Source: Squalus acanthias
Taxonomy: Eukaryota
NCBI GenBank assembly: GCA_030390025.1
Contig: CM059425.1
Coordinates: 173,540,001 to 173,604,000, forward strand
Reading direction: 5' to 3'
DNA length: 64,000 nt
The stretch's first letter is position 1. Each line of letters opens with the position of its first letter. This document shows positions 34,048 through 45,679 of this stretch, piece by piece. Position numbers and translations under genes: made by a program. The notes beneath the pieces were generated by a model. The model did not search any database and was not told the DNA's origin. It worked only from the letters and a program-made list of their open reading frames with translations.

Positions 34048-35408
34048 ATGGTTGCAAAGTGGCCAAGGTTGGAAACTAAATATTCCAGGATACTTAACAT
34101 TTAGAAGAGATAGGCAAAATGGAAAAGGAGGAGGGGTAGCCCTGATAATAAAGGATGGAATAAAGACAGTAAAGCGAAAGGATCTTAGCTCCGAAAATCA
34201 AGAAGTAGAATCAGTTTCAGTGGAGCTAAGAAACAGCAAGGGGCAGAAAACATTGATGGGAGTTGTTTATAGGCCCCCAAACAGTAGTTGTAATGTAGGG
34301 CAGAGTATAAATCAGGAAATTAGAGGCGTAACAAGGGTAATACAGTAATCATGAGGGACCTTAATCTACACATAGACTGGGCAAACCAAATTTACAGTCA
34401 TAGTGTGGAGGACGAATGAATAGAATGTATGCAAGATAGTTTTCTAGATCAGTATGTTGAGGAACCAACTAGGGAACAGGCTATTTTAGATCTAGTATTG
34501 TGCAATGAGAAAGGGTTAATTAATAACCTTGTCGTAAAGGGGCCTTTAGGGAAGAGTGAGGATAATGAGCCATATTTTCCGACCCCCACAGGTGCGTACG
34601 AGGTGCGCACGCACCCATAGGGGCCGCACATGTGCCAGTTTCAGGCATGCAAAGCGCATGCGCTGAAACTCGGCACTTGCGATCTGTCAAGATTTCTCTT
34701 GACAGATCCTCCACATGCGCAGGAGAGGTAGCACTACCGGCACAGAATTGCGATAATTTCTCATCTGCTTGATTTCAGGTACGTCCGAAACAGCTGCGAC
34801 AAGTAAAAGCAGGCGTACAGCCTGCATTCTATCTGAAGAAATAGCAGGAAGAAGACCTTTTTTTAGCAGGGGGCTGGGAAACGGGACATTTTTAGCTGTG
34901 AAAGTGAACAAAGTTCTTTGTACAAAGCCTGATGTAAGTTTTTAACAACTTTAATTTGTTAAATACTTGATTGGTTTTGGATCTTGTTTTGAGGAGTGCA
35001 GGTAATTTAAAGAGCAACTCTGGCTGTGGGCAAGGTAAGCATTCTATTCAATTAGTTTTCATTTTTTTAAATTTGAAAATGACTTTAAAAATGATTTATT
35101 TCACATTTACTACTGTTTTAAATAATTATGCCAGAATATATGAATTATTTAAATGTTAACTTTTCTATGCTCTTCAAAAATTTTATGTATAACTTTGTGA
35201 AAATGTTAAAGTTCTTAGAAATTTATCTCGGGCGGTGATATTCATCAGGCGGGTATGACGGGCGGCTGATCCAATACTGCCCGTTTCGCACCACTGCCCG
35301 AAATGAATTTCTACCCACTCACTTTATTAAAATGACTTTTACAACTCTTTCCATTTTTTCCCTACATGTATTTTATCTGTTTAAAGAGGAAGCCTGTGAG
35401 GGAGAAAC

Positions 35409-36547
35409 ATGCCTCTTGACGATGTTGCCCAGATGCTCGGTGTGATTCTGGCACATAGAATCGAAAACGCTAGGGAACAACAAAGAAGACTGAGGAACCA
35501 TCACCGTCTCCAGGTCAGGAGGAATTACTACCCACCCCAGAGAGTGTACAGGGAGAGGCTGTCTTTTGAGATGCTGTCGGAGGAGTTGTGTGTGAGGAGG
35601 TTGCGCTTCAGTAAAGAGGCAATCGGCCGACTATGTGACATGTTAAAGGAGGACCTTCAAACATGCTCGAAGACCCGCACTGCCTTGTCAGTGTCCATGA
35701 GGATAACCACTGAACTTCTTTGCATGCGAGTTATTTCAGTCAGGCAAAGGTGACATTTCAAACATCACCCGGACTGCTGCGAGGGCCTGCATCGACCAGG
35801 TCTCAGATGCCATTTTCCGTAGGGCTTCAGAGTTCATTGACTTCGACTTGTCCACTCGGCAGCAAAAGGAGAGGGCCCTTGCATTTTATAGGATTGCTGG
35901 ATTCCCCACAGTGATTGGGGCCGTCGATGGAACCTATGTTGCATTGAAGGCACCAATGGATGCACCTGTGACATACATCAACAGGAAGGGGTTTCATTCA
36001 TTAAATGTTATGATAGTCTGTGATGCGCAACTCAGGATCCTAAACGTGAATGCAGATCACCGGGGAAGTGCTCATGACTCCTTCGTCCTCCGTCACTCGT
36101 AATTATATGGCGCCCTCAGCGCATTGCCTCCAGGATCCGCATGGATATTTGGCGACAAGGGCTACCCCCTAAAACCGTGGCTGATGACACCATACCACAG
36201 GACCAATGATGAGGCTCAGGAGAGATACAACCGGGCACACGTGTCCACACGGCAAGTGGTGGAGAGGACAATCGGGCTTCTGAAATCACGCTTCCGGTGC
36301 CTGGACAGGTCAGGGGGGACCTTGCAGTATTCTCCTCTGAAAGTGTCAAGCATTGTGGTGGCCTGTTGTGCTTTGCATAACTTTGCCCTGCGGGAAGGAC
36401 TGACCCTTAACCCTGCAGAGGAGCTCCCTGCTGAAATGGAGGACATGGACGATGCCAACGTGCTTGTGGCCAGGCCTGATGGGGAGGAGCCAAGTGCTGC
36501 CGAAAGCAAGGCTGCTCTGGAACTGCTAGTAGCCAACACCTTCACGC
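35409..36547 (+). pseudogene. BC2 transposase, frameshifted and stopped
   Basis: ORFs 35409..35753, 35848..36102 and 36124..36588 align in order with the 381-aa BC1 transposase. Confidence 0.93.
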
Positions 36548-39500
36548 CAGTACATCTCTTTCCCCATGACCCGGGCCAAACAGCATGAACATGCATTGGG
36601 CTTTGTGAGGATAGCGGGCTTCCCCATGGTGCAGGGCGCCATTGACTGCACACATGTGGCATTGCGGCACCGCATGAGAATGCAGAGGTTTTCCGAAACC
36701 GCAAAGGGTTCCACTCCTTAAATGTCCAGTTGGTCTGTGACCACAGACAGCTGATACTCGCCGTCATTGCCCGCTATCCTGGCAGCAGCCACAATGCTTT
36801 CATCCTGCGCCAGACTGGTGTGCCAGACCTTTTGCAGGCACCGCATCACCCAAGTGGTTGGCTCCTCGGGGTCAAGGGTTATCCACTCTGCAACTGGCTG
36901 ATGACACCGTTCCGTAACCCCAACACCCCTGCCGAGCTGCGGTACAATGAGAGCCATATCGCCACCAGGAACATAATTGAGCAGACGATCGGCGTGCTCA
37001 AGCAACGGTTCCGCTGTCTGGACCACTCAGGAGGAGCCCTGCAGTACTCTCCTGAGCGAGTCTCCCTCTTCATAGTTGTTTGCTGCATTCTTCATAACCT
37101 TGCAATCCCCAGGACCCAGCCAATGCCACCAGGCATTGGTGCACCACTGGAGGAAGAGGAGGAGGAAGAGTAGGAGGAAGAGCAGGAGGATGATCAGCAG
37201 CAGCACCAAGGCGGGAGGGAGGCCCACAATGTTGAAACTGCAAGGGTCGTCTGTCAACGGATGATAACAAGCCGCTTCTAGGCCCCTACTCAGAAGATGG
37301 CTTCTGGCATGGAGAACAACATGATGGAAAGCAACCCGCAACCCCTATAGCCGGCCAAGGCAGCAATGATTCAAAAGGCCAAACATGTACATTTTGAATA
37401 CAACAACTTTTTTATTTTACAAACTCTGTATGTGTCATTTATTCCTGACAAACTAATAGAAACAAACACAACAAATCATTAATTAACATAACTGGTTCTC
37501 ATAAGCTGGAGATAATGGCCAAAACACTAAACAAAAGTTATCAGATGAACCTCGGCCTTTAATAAAAACATTCCCAACATTTCTTGAGACCTCCTACTTT
37601 TTGCCCTTCGAGGGTGAACTCCATCCCCTGCGCACTTCCCCCCTTCCCACGCTACTGCTCCTCCGTAATGGGGCCCCAGTGGCTGCAGCAAGGCTGGTGG
37701 AAGGCTGCTGAATGTCAGGTCCTGAGACTATAGATGCCCTTGAAGGACGCCCTCGACCAGCTCTGGGCCTGGAGGCCCCAGCTGCAGACTGCACCAACTC
37801 TGCATGGGCAGCAGCAGTCTGGGCTACAGGCGGTGGCAAGTGCAATGGGGAAGTGACAGTAGTGGGAGCAGGAATGCTGTCATCCTGAGAGAGGGCAGCA
37901 CCTTCTTGCTCGACCGACGCACTGGCACTCCCACGGGGCAGCACCTCAGCATCCGGAGCAATCTGCTGGAGCACAGATTGCTGGCCTGCTGTGGTGCCGT
38001 GAGAGCCCCGGGGCAATGTGGCCGAACCAGCGGCGATGGCAGCAGTCAGTGCTTGCGTTGCCTCAATCTGAGACTGCATGAGAGCAGCCTGAGATTGGAT
38101 CACAGCAGCCAGTGACTGAATTGCAGCACTAAGCAGTTGCGTTGCGTCCGCCTGTGCTGCAGCGGAGTGCTCCACACTCCTTGCCAGTCCATCAATGCTT
38201 TCGGGCACCCTTCCCATTGCACCCATGAGCTGAGTGTGCATGTGCACCGCCTGGGTGTTCATTTCAGCGATGAGCCGCTCCTCCTCTGCGTCCAGTGCAG
38301 CAGGACTCGCTGGCCTGCTCTCCCTCCGGGGAGAAGGCCCCCGAGCTTCCCTACCCCCATGGCGTTGCTGCAGCCTTAAGGGTCCTGGAGCTTCACCCTC
38401 ATCAGACCCTTCCGCCCGCTCCCCTCCAGGGAAGACGTGGTCCCAGTGTGGGCATGGGCTCCCTCAGGAGACGCTGGCACTGAGGCTCCGGCTTCCTCTT
38501 CCTCCTCGCCTGTGGCGTCGCTCCCAGTGGCTGCCTGAGGGCCCGTCTCCTCAGCTGGTGAATCACCATCTGAAAGCAGGGAGGTACAAGAGTGGCTTTA
38601 GCATCAGGACAGGGGGGGGGGGCAGTAAGGGAGCAAGGACTGGAGAGATTTAGTAAGTTGGATTGAAAGTGTAAAAGGCTGGTATTATGAGGGACAAGTG
38701 GAATGAGAAAGGAGAGAAAGCTGATGACCTTACCATTGCTGTCCCGAACGGGGTAGACCTCTCCAGCGGCGACGGGACCGATCACCTGGCTTGCGACGAT
38801 CCTGTGGATGCGCGCCTCCAGATCGCTGAGGGTTTGCAGCTGAGGTGGCCCTCCACCCGTCCGTTGCTGCTGCCACCTGTTGTGAGATATCTTGGCCTGC
38901 AAGAAAAAGGACGGCGTCTGAGTAAATATGCAGCCATGTGCTTGCCTGATGTGCCTCCCATAGTTGAACAGCCCTTAATGTATGCAAGGTGTGGAATGTG
39001 CATGTGTGTTTTATGAGATGGCCATAGGTCTTGGATGAGTGTTGGGCATTGGGGTTTTTACACCCTCTGGCCATAGAGTGAGGTTGAGATGGAGGGATGG
39101 AGAGGTATTGAAAAGCAGCCACTCACCCTGACCACTCGAGTGAGGTCGTTGAACTTTTTCTGACATTGTGTGTAGGCCCTGGGCACCATGCTCCTGGAGG
39201 AGACATGATGAGCCACCTTCCTCCACACTCTTCTATAGTCGCGGGGCAATGGCCTCCTGCCACTCTCTGGGTACAGTAATGCTCTTCGGCGCTCCACTGC
39301 GCCAACCAGAGCCACCAAGGCCTGGTCGCTGAAGCGCTGAGCTCATTCCCTGGCCCTCTCCATAGTCATTTGCAGCAGAATTGATGTACAGGTCTCTCCA
39401 GGCCGAGATTCAAGGCTGCAATGAGCAGGGTGTGGCTGGAGAGCAAGATCGACCCTCCCCTTTAAGAACTGGCCGGCGCCAGTGTGTCTGTGTTCCATTG

Positions 39501-39724
39501 CTAACTGACATCACATGAGCTTCGCCCGCGCTCTGAGTTAGCGCCTCGCTCCTCGGCCTTTGCGCCTTAAGACAAGTGTGTAGCGCCTGATTTAGCGCTC
39601 CAATCACCTCCAGGGGCGATAGAAGCCAAGTTTGCAGTCGGAGGCGATAATTAGCGGCAGGCGCTAAATGTTGCACCCGGCCGATAATTGCGCCCCAAAC
39701 GGGGCGATACCGAATTTCTCCCCC
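36548..39724. mobile_element. Harbinger family A-related copy A3, nested in BC2; transposase-side end deleted
   Basis: Terminus ACCGAATTTCTCCCCC followed by TTA. Transposase remnant 36548-37281 (+) and Myb-like pseudogene 37594-39363 (-) are homologous to A1/A2. Confidence 0.92.
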
Positions 39725-41126
39725 TTAGTCTTTAACTATTAATTGTTACCTAGCTATTTTCTACTTTGTAAACATTTGCAAAGATAAATTTTTGGATATA
39801 AATTGTAAACAGTTTAAAGTGACTTTTTTGGTTTCTTAGTGCAATAAAGACATTCAAAATACAAACTAGCTATTTTCTACTTTTTAAACAGTTGTAATGT
39901 GGAATTGGTTGTTAATAAAAAAAAGTTGAAAAACATTTTAAAGTGACGAGAGGCTGTACATTTGAAACAAAATACTTAAATACACTATCAGTCACAAATA
40001 TAAATTTCAATAAATAATATAACACCAACATTTAAATAAAACTAAACATTAAAGAAATGACAGATATGCCCCCTCGCATCTGTGCCTGAGGGTCGAAGGA
40101 GGTTAATTGTGCAAAAGGTGACACCCTACTGTCTCCTGCGCTTTCCCCTTCCCCGTGACCAGAGCCCTCTGCTGCCAAGTGAAAGGCCCCTGTGCGTCAT
40201 CTCTTGCCCTTCAGCAGCTGGCTCGTGACAGGGTTGCTGTTGCTGCTGCTGCTGCTGAAAGGCAACATTTCCATCATAATTGGCGGAGCTGCTGTCTCGT
40301 GGACCTGCACTGTGTCTGCGCTGGGAGCAGGCAAGGGCGGTTCTGCGAGAGCCAAATTAATGGCAGCAGAACCTGCTTTTTACAACTGCAATAGTTGATA
40401 AAGAGACTCGTTCATCTGATCAAGCGCCATAGTAACATGGGTGAGTTCTTTACCAACAACATCAATTCCCCGCCTGATAGAGGCAAGAGTGTCAAGTTTC
40501 TTCCCATGAAGAGTAAACATATCTTGCCTCAACCCTTCAACCTGTTGCACCTGAGTTTCTATGGAATTTTGTTGCGTTAAACGTCTTGCTGCTTTTCCCA
40601 CCTGCTCTGCAGTATTCTGGCTGTGGAACGACAGTCATCTGTGCCTGGCACAGAGCCAGAGGGGCCAGGAGATGGAGAGGGGCTGTGCAGCCACCCAGGG
40701 TCCATACTTTCCCCTTCCATTAGCTGACACTGCACAAATTCCTTCTCCTCCTCCAACTCACTTACTGCTCCCACTGCATCTGTAACCCCTTCCCCAGTGC
40801 CCTCTGCAGCCGCAGACTCAACGCACTGTTCATCCCGTGTGTGAGAAGAAAGCTGTCCACCCGTGGGAAGGAAACAGTAAACATTTACAAAGGTGAAGCA
40901 CGATCTGCCACATCACAGCAGCTGATATTCAATGCACACCTTCCAGTTTTAAACATACAGGTGGACAGCCCAACTCACCTTTCCTTACCCCAATGTCTGA
41001 TTGGGCACCAGGCACTGAACTGCCACTACTGATTCCAAGCAAGTGCGTGACCCTTTCCTCTTGCTCCGATAACTCCCTCAGAGTGGCAACTCCACCGCCT
41101 GTCAGGCTCTGGCGTTATAGAGTCAA

Positions 41127-44100
41127 GGGGCTAAATATTGAGTAGCGCCCCAATTGGGGCGCTAACTACTTTTAGCGCCCCTGAAAAATTAGTGCCCCCA
41201 CGCCAGAAATTGAGTAGTTGCACCCCAAGAGGGAAGCAGGACGCTACTGGAAGCGTCCCGCATCCCTCTTGGGGCGCTGCGAGTCAATATCGCGGCGCTA
41301 CGTGCCGCGGTATTGCAGGCCTTCCTCCCCTTCTTAAAGGGGAGGGGCCTTGCGCAGCGTGACCCGGGACCCAGCTGGGCCACCGGGGATTGGGAGTGCT
41401 GGTAAAAGAGCCCGGCACTCAAGAGAAGTGCCGGGCTCTTAGAGCACAGCCGGCACTCCGCGGGGAGGGTGGTTCAGGAGGCCGGGGACGGGAGCGCAGG
41501 CAGGTGCTGGCGGGCGGCCAGCAACTAAAATGGCTGCCCCGCACCTCGCCTTTAAATAGCGCCTCCCCGCCCGCAGGTAAGCCCCCCTGACCCCGTCGGA
41601 CATAGTGTCCGGTGGTAGGTCAGGGGGCGCTCCCGAAGATCGTGGCCGGGGCGCTGCGCACGTGGCACTGCGCATGGCAATGACATCATTGGTGGTGGCG
41701 CAGCGCCGCAGGGCGCTACCGGTTAGTGCCATCGCTAACCTCCCGCTGAATTTCGCAGGAGGCGGGGGCGGCACCGCGCCCGGGCTCGAGTTGCGGGAGG
41801 CGTGGGCGGCGGCGTGCCCGGGCGCTAGTTGCGGGAGGCGTGGGCGGCACCGCGCCCGGGCGCTAGTTGCGGGAGGGGTGGGTGGCGCCGCACCCAGGCT
41901 CGAGTTGCGGGAGGCGTGGGCGGCGGTGTGCCCGGGCGCTAGTTGCAGGAAGTGTGGGCGGCGCCGTGCCCGGGCGCTAGTTGTGGGAGGCGTGGGCGGC
42001 GCTGCGTCCGGGAGCTAGTTGCGGGAGGCGTGGGCGGCGCTGCACCCGGGCGCTAGTTGTGGGAGGTGTGGACGGCGCCGCACCCGGGCACTAGTTGCCG
42101 GAGGTGTGGGGGGCGCTGAGCCCGGGCGCTAATTGCGGGAGGTGTGGACGGCGCCGCACCCGGGCACTAGTTGCCGGAGGTGTGGGGGGCGCTGAGCCCG
42201 GGCGCTAATTGCGGGAGGTGTGGACGGCGCCGCACCCGGGCACTAGTTGCCGGAGGTGTGGGGGGCGCTGAGCCCTGGCGCTAATTGCGGGAGGTGTGGA
42301 CGGCGCCGCACCTGGGCGCTAGTTGCCTGAGGCGTGGGCGGCGCCGCGCCCGGGCACTAGTTGCCGGAGGTGTGGGGGGCGCTGAGCCCGGGCGCTAATT
42401 GCGGGAGGTGTGGACGGCGCCGCACCCGGGCGCTAGTTGCCTGAGGCGTGGGCGGCGCCGCGCCCGGGCACTAGTTGCCGGAGGTGTGGGGGGCGCTGAG
42501 CCCGGGCGCTAGTTGCCGGAGGTGTGGGGGGCGCTGAGCCCAGGCGCTAGTTGCGGGAGGCGGGGGCGGCGCTGCACCCGGGCACTAGTTGCCGGAGGCG
42601 GGGGCGGCGCCGCAGTCGGGCACTAGTTGCCGGAGGCGTGGGCGGCGCCGCACCCAGGCTCGAGTTGCGGGAGGCGTGGGCGGCGGCGTGCCCGGGCACT
42701 AGTTGCAGGAAGCGTGGGCGGCGCCGTGCCTGGGCGCTAGTTGTGGGAGGCGTGGGTGGCGCTGCGTCCGGGAGCTAGTTGCGGGAGGCGTGGGCGGCGA
42801 TGCGGCCAGCTCTAGTTGCGGGAGGTGTGGGCGGCGCTGCGTCCGGGCGCTAGTTGCGGGAGGCGTGGGCGGCGATGCGGCCAGCTCTAGTTGCGGGAGG
42901 TGTGGGCGGCGGCGTGCCCGGGCGCTAGTTGCGGGAGGTGTGGGGGGCGCTGAGCCCGGGCGCTAGTTGCGGGAAGCGTGGGCGGCGATGCGGCCAGCTC
43001 TAGTTGCGGGAGGTGTGGGCGGCGCTGCGCCCGGGCGCTAGTTGCGGGAGGTGTGGACGGCGCCGCACCCGGGCACTAGTTGCCGGAGGTGTGGGGGGCG
43101 CTGAGCCCGGGCGCTAATTGCGGGAGGTGTGGACGGCGCCGCACCCGGGCACTAGTTGCCGGAGGTGTGGGGGTCGCTGAGCCCGGGCGCTAATTGCGGG
43201 AGGTGTGGACGGCGCCGCACCCGGGCACTAGTTGCCGGAGGTGTGGGGGGCGCTGAGCCCGGGCGCTAATTGCGGGAGGTGTGGACGGCGCCGCACCTGG
43301 GCGCTAGTTGCCTGAGGCGTGGGCGGCGCCGCGCCCGGGCACTAGTTGCCGGAGGTGTGGGGGGCGCTGAGCCCGGGCGCTAATTGCGGGAGGTGTGGAC
43401 GGCGCTGCACCCGGGCGCTAGTTGCCTGAGGCGTGGGCGGCGCCGCGCCCGGGCACTAGTTGCCGGAGGTGTGGGGGGCGCTGAGCCCGGGCGCTAGTTG
43501 CCGGAGGTGTGGGGGGCGCTGAGCCCAGGCGCTAGTTGCGGGAGGCGGGGGCGGCGCCGCACCCAGGCACTAGTTGCCGGAGGCGGTGGCGGCGCCGCAG
43601 TCGGGCACTAGTTGCGGGAGGCGTGGGTGGCGCCGCAGTCGGGCACTAGTTGCCGGAGGCGTGGGCGGCGCCGCACCCAGGCTCGAGTTGCGGGAGGTGT
43701 GGGTGGCGCTGCGCCCGGGCGCTAGTTGCGGGAAGCGTGGGCGGCGATGCGGCCAGCTCTAGTTGCGGGAGGTGTGGGCGGCGCTGCGCCTGGGCGCTAG
43801 TTGCGGGAGGTGTGGACGGCGCCGGACCCGGGCACTAGTTGCCGGAGGTGTGGGGGGCGCTGAGCCCGGGCGCTAGTTGCCGGAGGTGTGGGGGGCGCTG
43901 AGCCCAGGCGCTAGTTGCGGGAGGCGGGGGCGGCGCCGCACCCGGGCACTAGTTGCCGGAGGCGGGGGCGGCGCCGCAGTCGGGCACTAGTTGCGGGAGG
44001 CGTGGGTGGCGCCGCAGTCGGGCACTAGTTGCCGGAGGCGTGGGCGGCGCCGCAGTCGGGCACTAGTTGCGGGAGGCGTGGGTGGCGCCGCGCCTGGGCT

Positions 44101-45677
44101 CTAGTTGCGGGAGGCGTGGGTGGCGCCGCGCCCGGGCTCTAGTTGCGAGAGGTGTGGGCGGCGCCGCGCTCGGGTGCTAGTTGCGGGAGTTGTGGACGGC
44201 TCCGCACCCGGGAGCTAATTGCGGGAGGTGTGGACGGCGCCGCACCCGGGCGCTAGTTGTCAGAGGCGTGGGTGGCGCCGCGCCCGGGCACTAGTTGCCG
44301 GAGGTGTGGGGGGCGCTGAGCCCGGGCGCTAGTTGCCGGAGGTGTGGGGGGCGCTGAGCCCAGGCACTAGTTGCCGGAGGCGTGGGCGGCGCCGCGCTCG
44401 GGCGCTAGTTGCGGGAGGTGTGGGCGGTGCCGTGCCCGGGCGCTAGTTGCCGGAGGTGTGGGTGGTGCCGCGCCCGGACGCTAGTTGCGGGAGATGTGGG
44501 CGGTGCCGCGCTCGGGCGCTAGTTGCGGGAGGCGTGGGTGGCGCCGCGCCCGGACGCTAGTTGCGGGAGGTGTGGGCGGTGCCGCGCCCGGGCACTAGTT
44601 GCGGGAGGTGTGGGCGGCGCCGCGCCCGGGCTCTAGTTGCGGGAGGTGTGGGCGGCGCCGCGCCCAGGCGCTAGTTGCCGGAGGTGTGGGTGGCGCCGCG
44701 CCCGGACGCTAGTTGTGGGAGATGTGGGCGGTGCCGCGCTCGGGCGCTAGTTGCGGGAGGCGTGGGTGGCGCCGCGCCCGGACGCTAGTTGTGGGAGGCG
44801 TTAGCGGCGCTGCGCCCGGGCGCTAGTTGCCAGAGGTGGGGGTGGCGCCGCGCCCGGGCGCTAGTTGCGGGAGGCGTGGGCGGCGCCGCGCCCGGGCACT
44901 AGTTGCGGGAGGTGTGGGCGGCGCAGCGCCCAGGCGCTAGTTGCGGGAGGTGTGGGCGGCGCTGCGCCCGGGCGCTAGTTGCGGGAGGCGTGGGCGGCGC
45001 CGCGCCCAGGCGCTAGTTGCGGGAGGCGTGGGCGGCGCCGCGCCCAGGCGCTAGTTGCGGGAGGCGTGGGCGGCGCCGCGCCCGGGCACTAGTTGCGGGA
45101 GGTGTGGGCGGCGCTGTGCCCGGGCACTAGTTGCGGGAGGTGTGGGCGGCGGCGCGCCCGGGCACTAGTTGAGGGAGGTGTGGGCGGCGCTGCGCCCGGG
45201 CACCAGTTGCTGGAGGTGTGGGCGGCGCTGTGCCCGGGCGCTAGTTGCGGGAGGTGTGGGCGGCGCCGCGCCCGGGCACTAGTTGAGGGAGGTGTGGGCG
45301 GCGCTGCGCCCGGGCACCAGTTGCTGGAGGTGTGGGCGGCGCCGCGCCCGGGCACTAGTTGAGGGAGGTGTGGGCGGCGCTGCGCCCGGGCACCAGTTGC
45401 TGGAGGTGTGGGCGGCGCTGTGCCCGGGCGCTAGTTGCGGGAGGTGTGGGCGGCGCCGCGCCCGGGCACTAGTTGCGGGAGGTGTGGGCGGCGCTGCGCC
45501 CGGGCACCAGTTGCTGGAGGTGTGGGCGGCGCTGTGCCCGGGCTCTAGTTGCTGGAGGTGTGGGCGGCGCTGTGCCCGGGCTCTAGTTGCTGGAGGTGTG
45601 GGCGGCGCTGTGCCCGGGCTCTAGTTGCTTTGCACCCCATTAGCGCCCTCTTAGGCAAAGCAACCCAATTTTTCCCC
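41127..45677. mobile_element. Non-autonomous Harbinger (family A-like ends) containing a satellite
   Basis: Ends GGGGCTAAATATTGAGT / ACCCAATTTTTCCCC. Right subterminal GCTTTGCACCCCATTAGCGCCCTCTTA matches family A ends (14952-14980). Confidence 0.8.
41760..45628 (+). repeat. 38-bp GC/CpG-rich tandem array, roughly 100 units
   Basis: Consensus GGGCGCTAGTTGCGGGAGGTGTGGGCGGCGCCGCGCCC with variant blocks. Confidence 0.98.
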
Positions 45678-45679
45678 AG

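Noticed and set aside
41605..45624. Gly/Ala/Arg-rich ORFs in the GC-rich array
   Set aside because: These are translations of a 38-bp unit with TAG stops recurring as the frame rotates. No coding signal.
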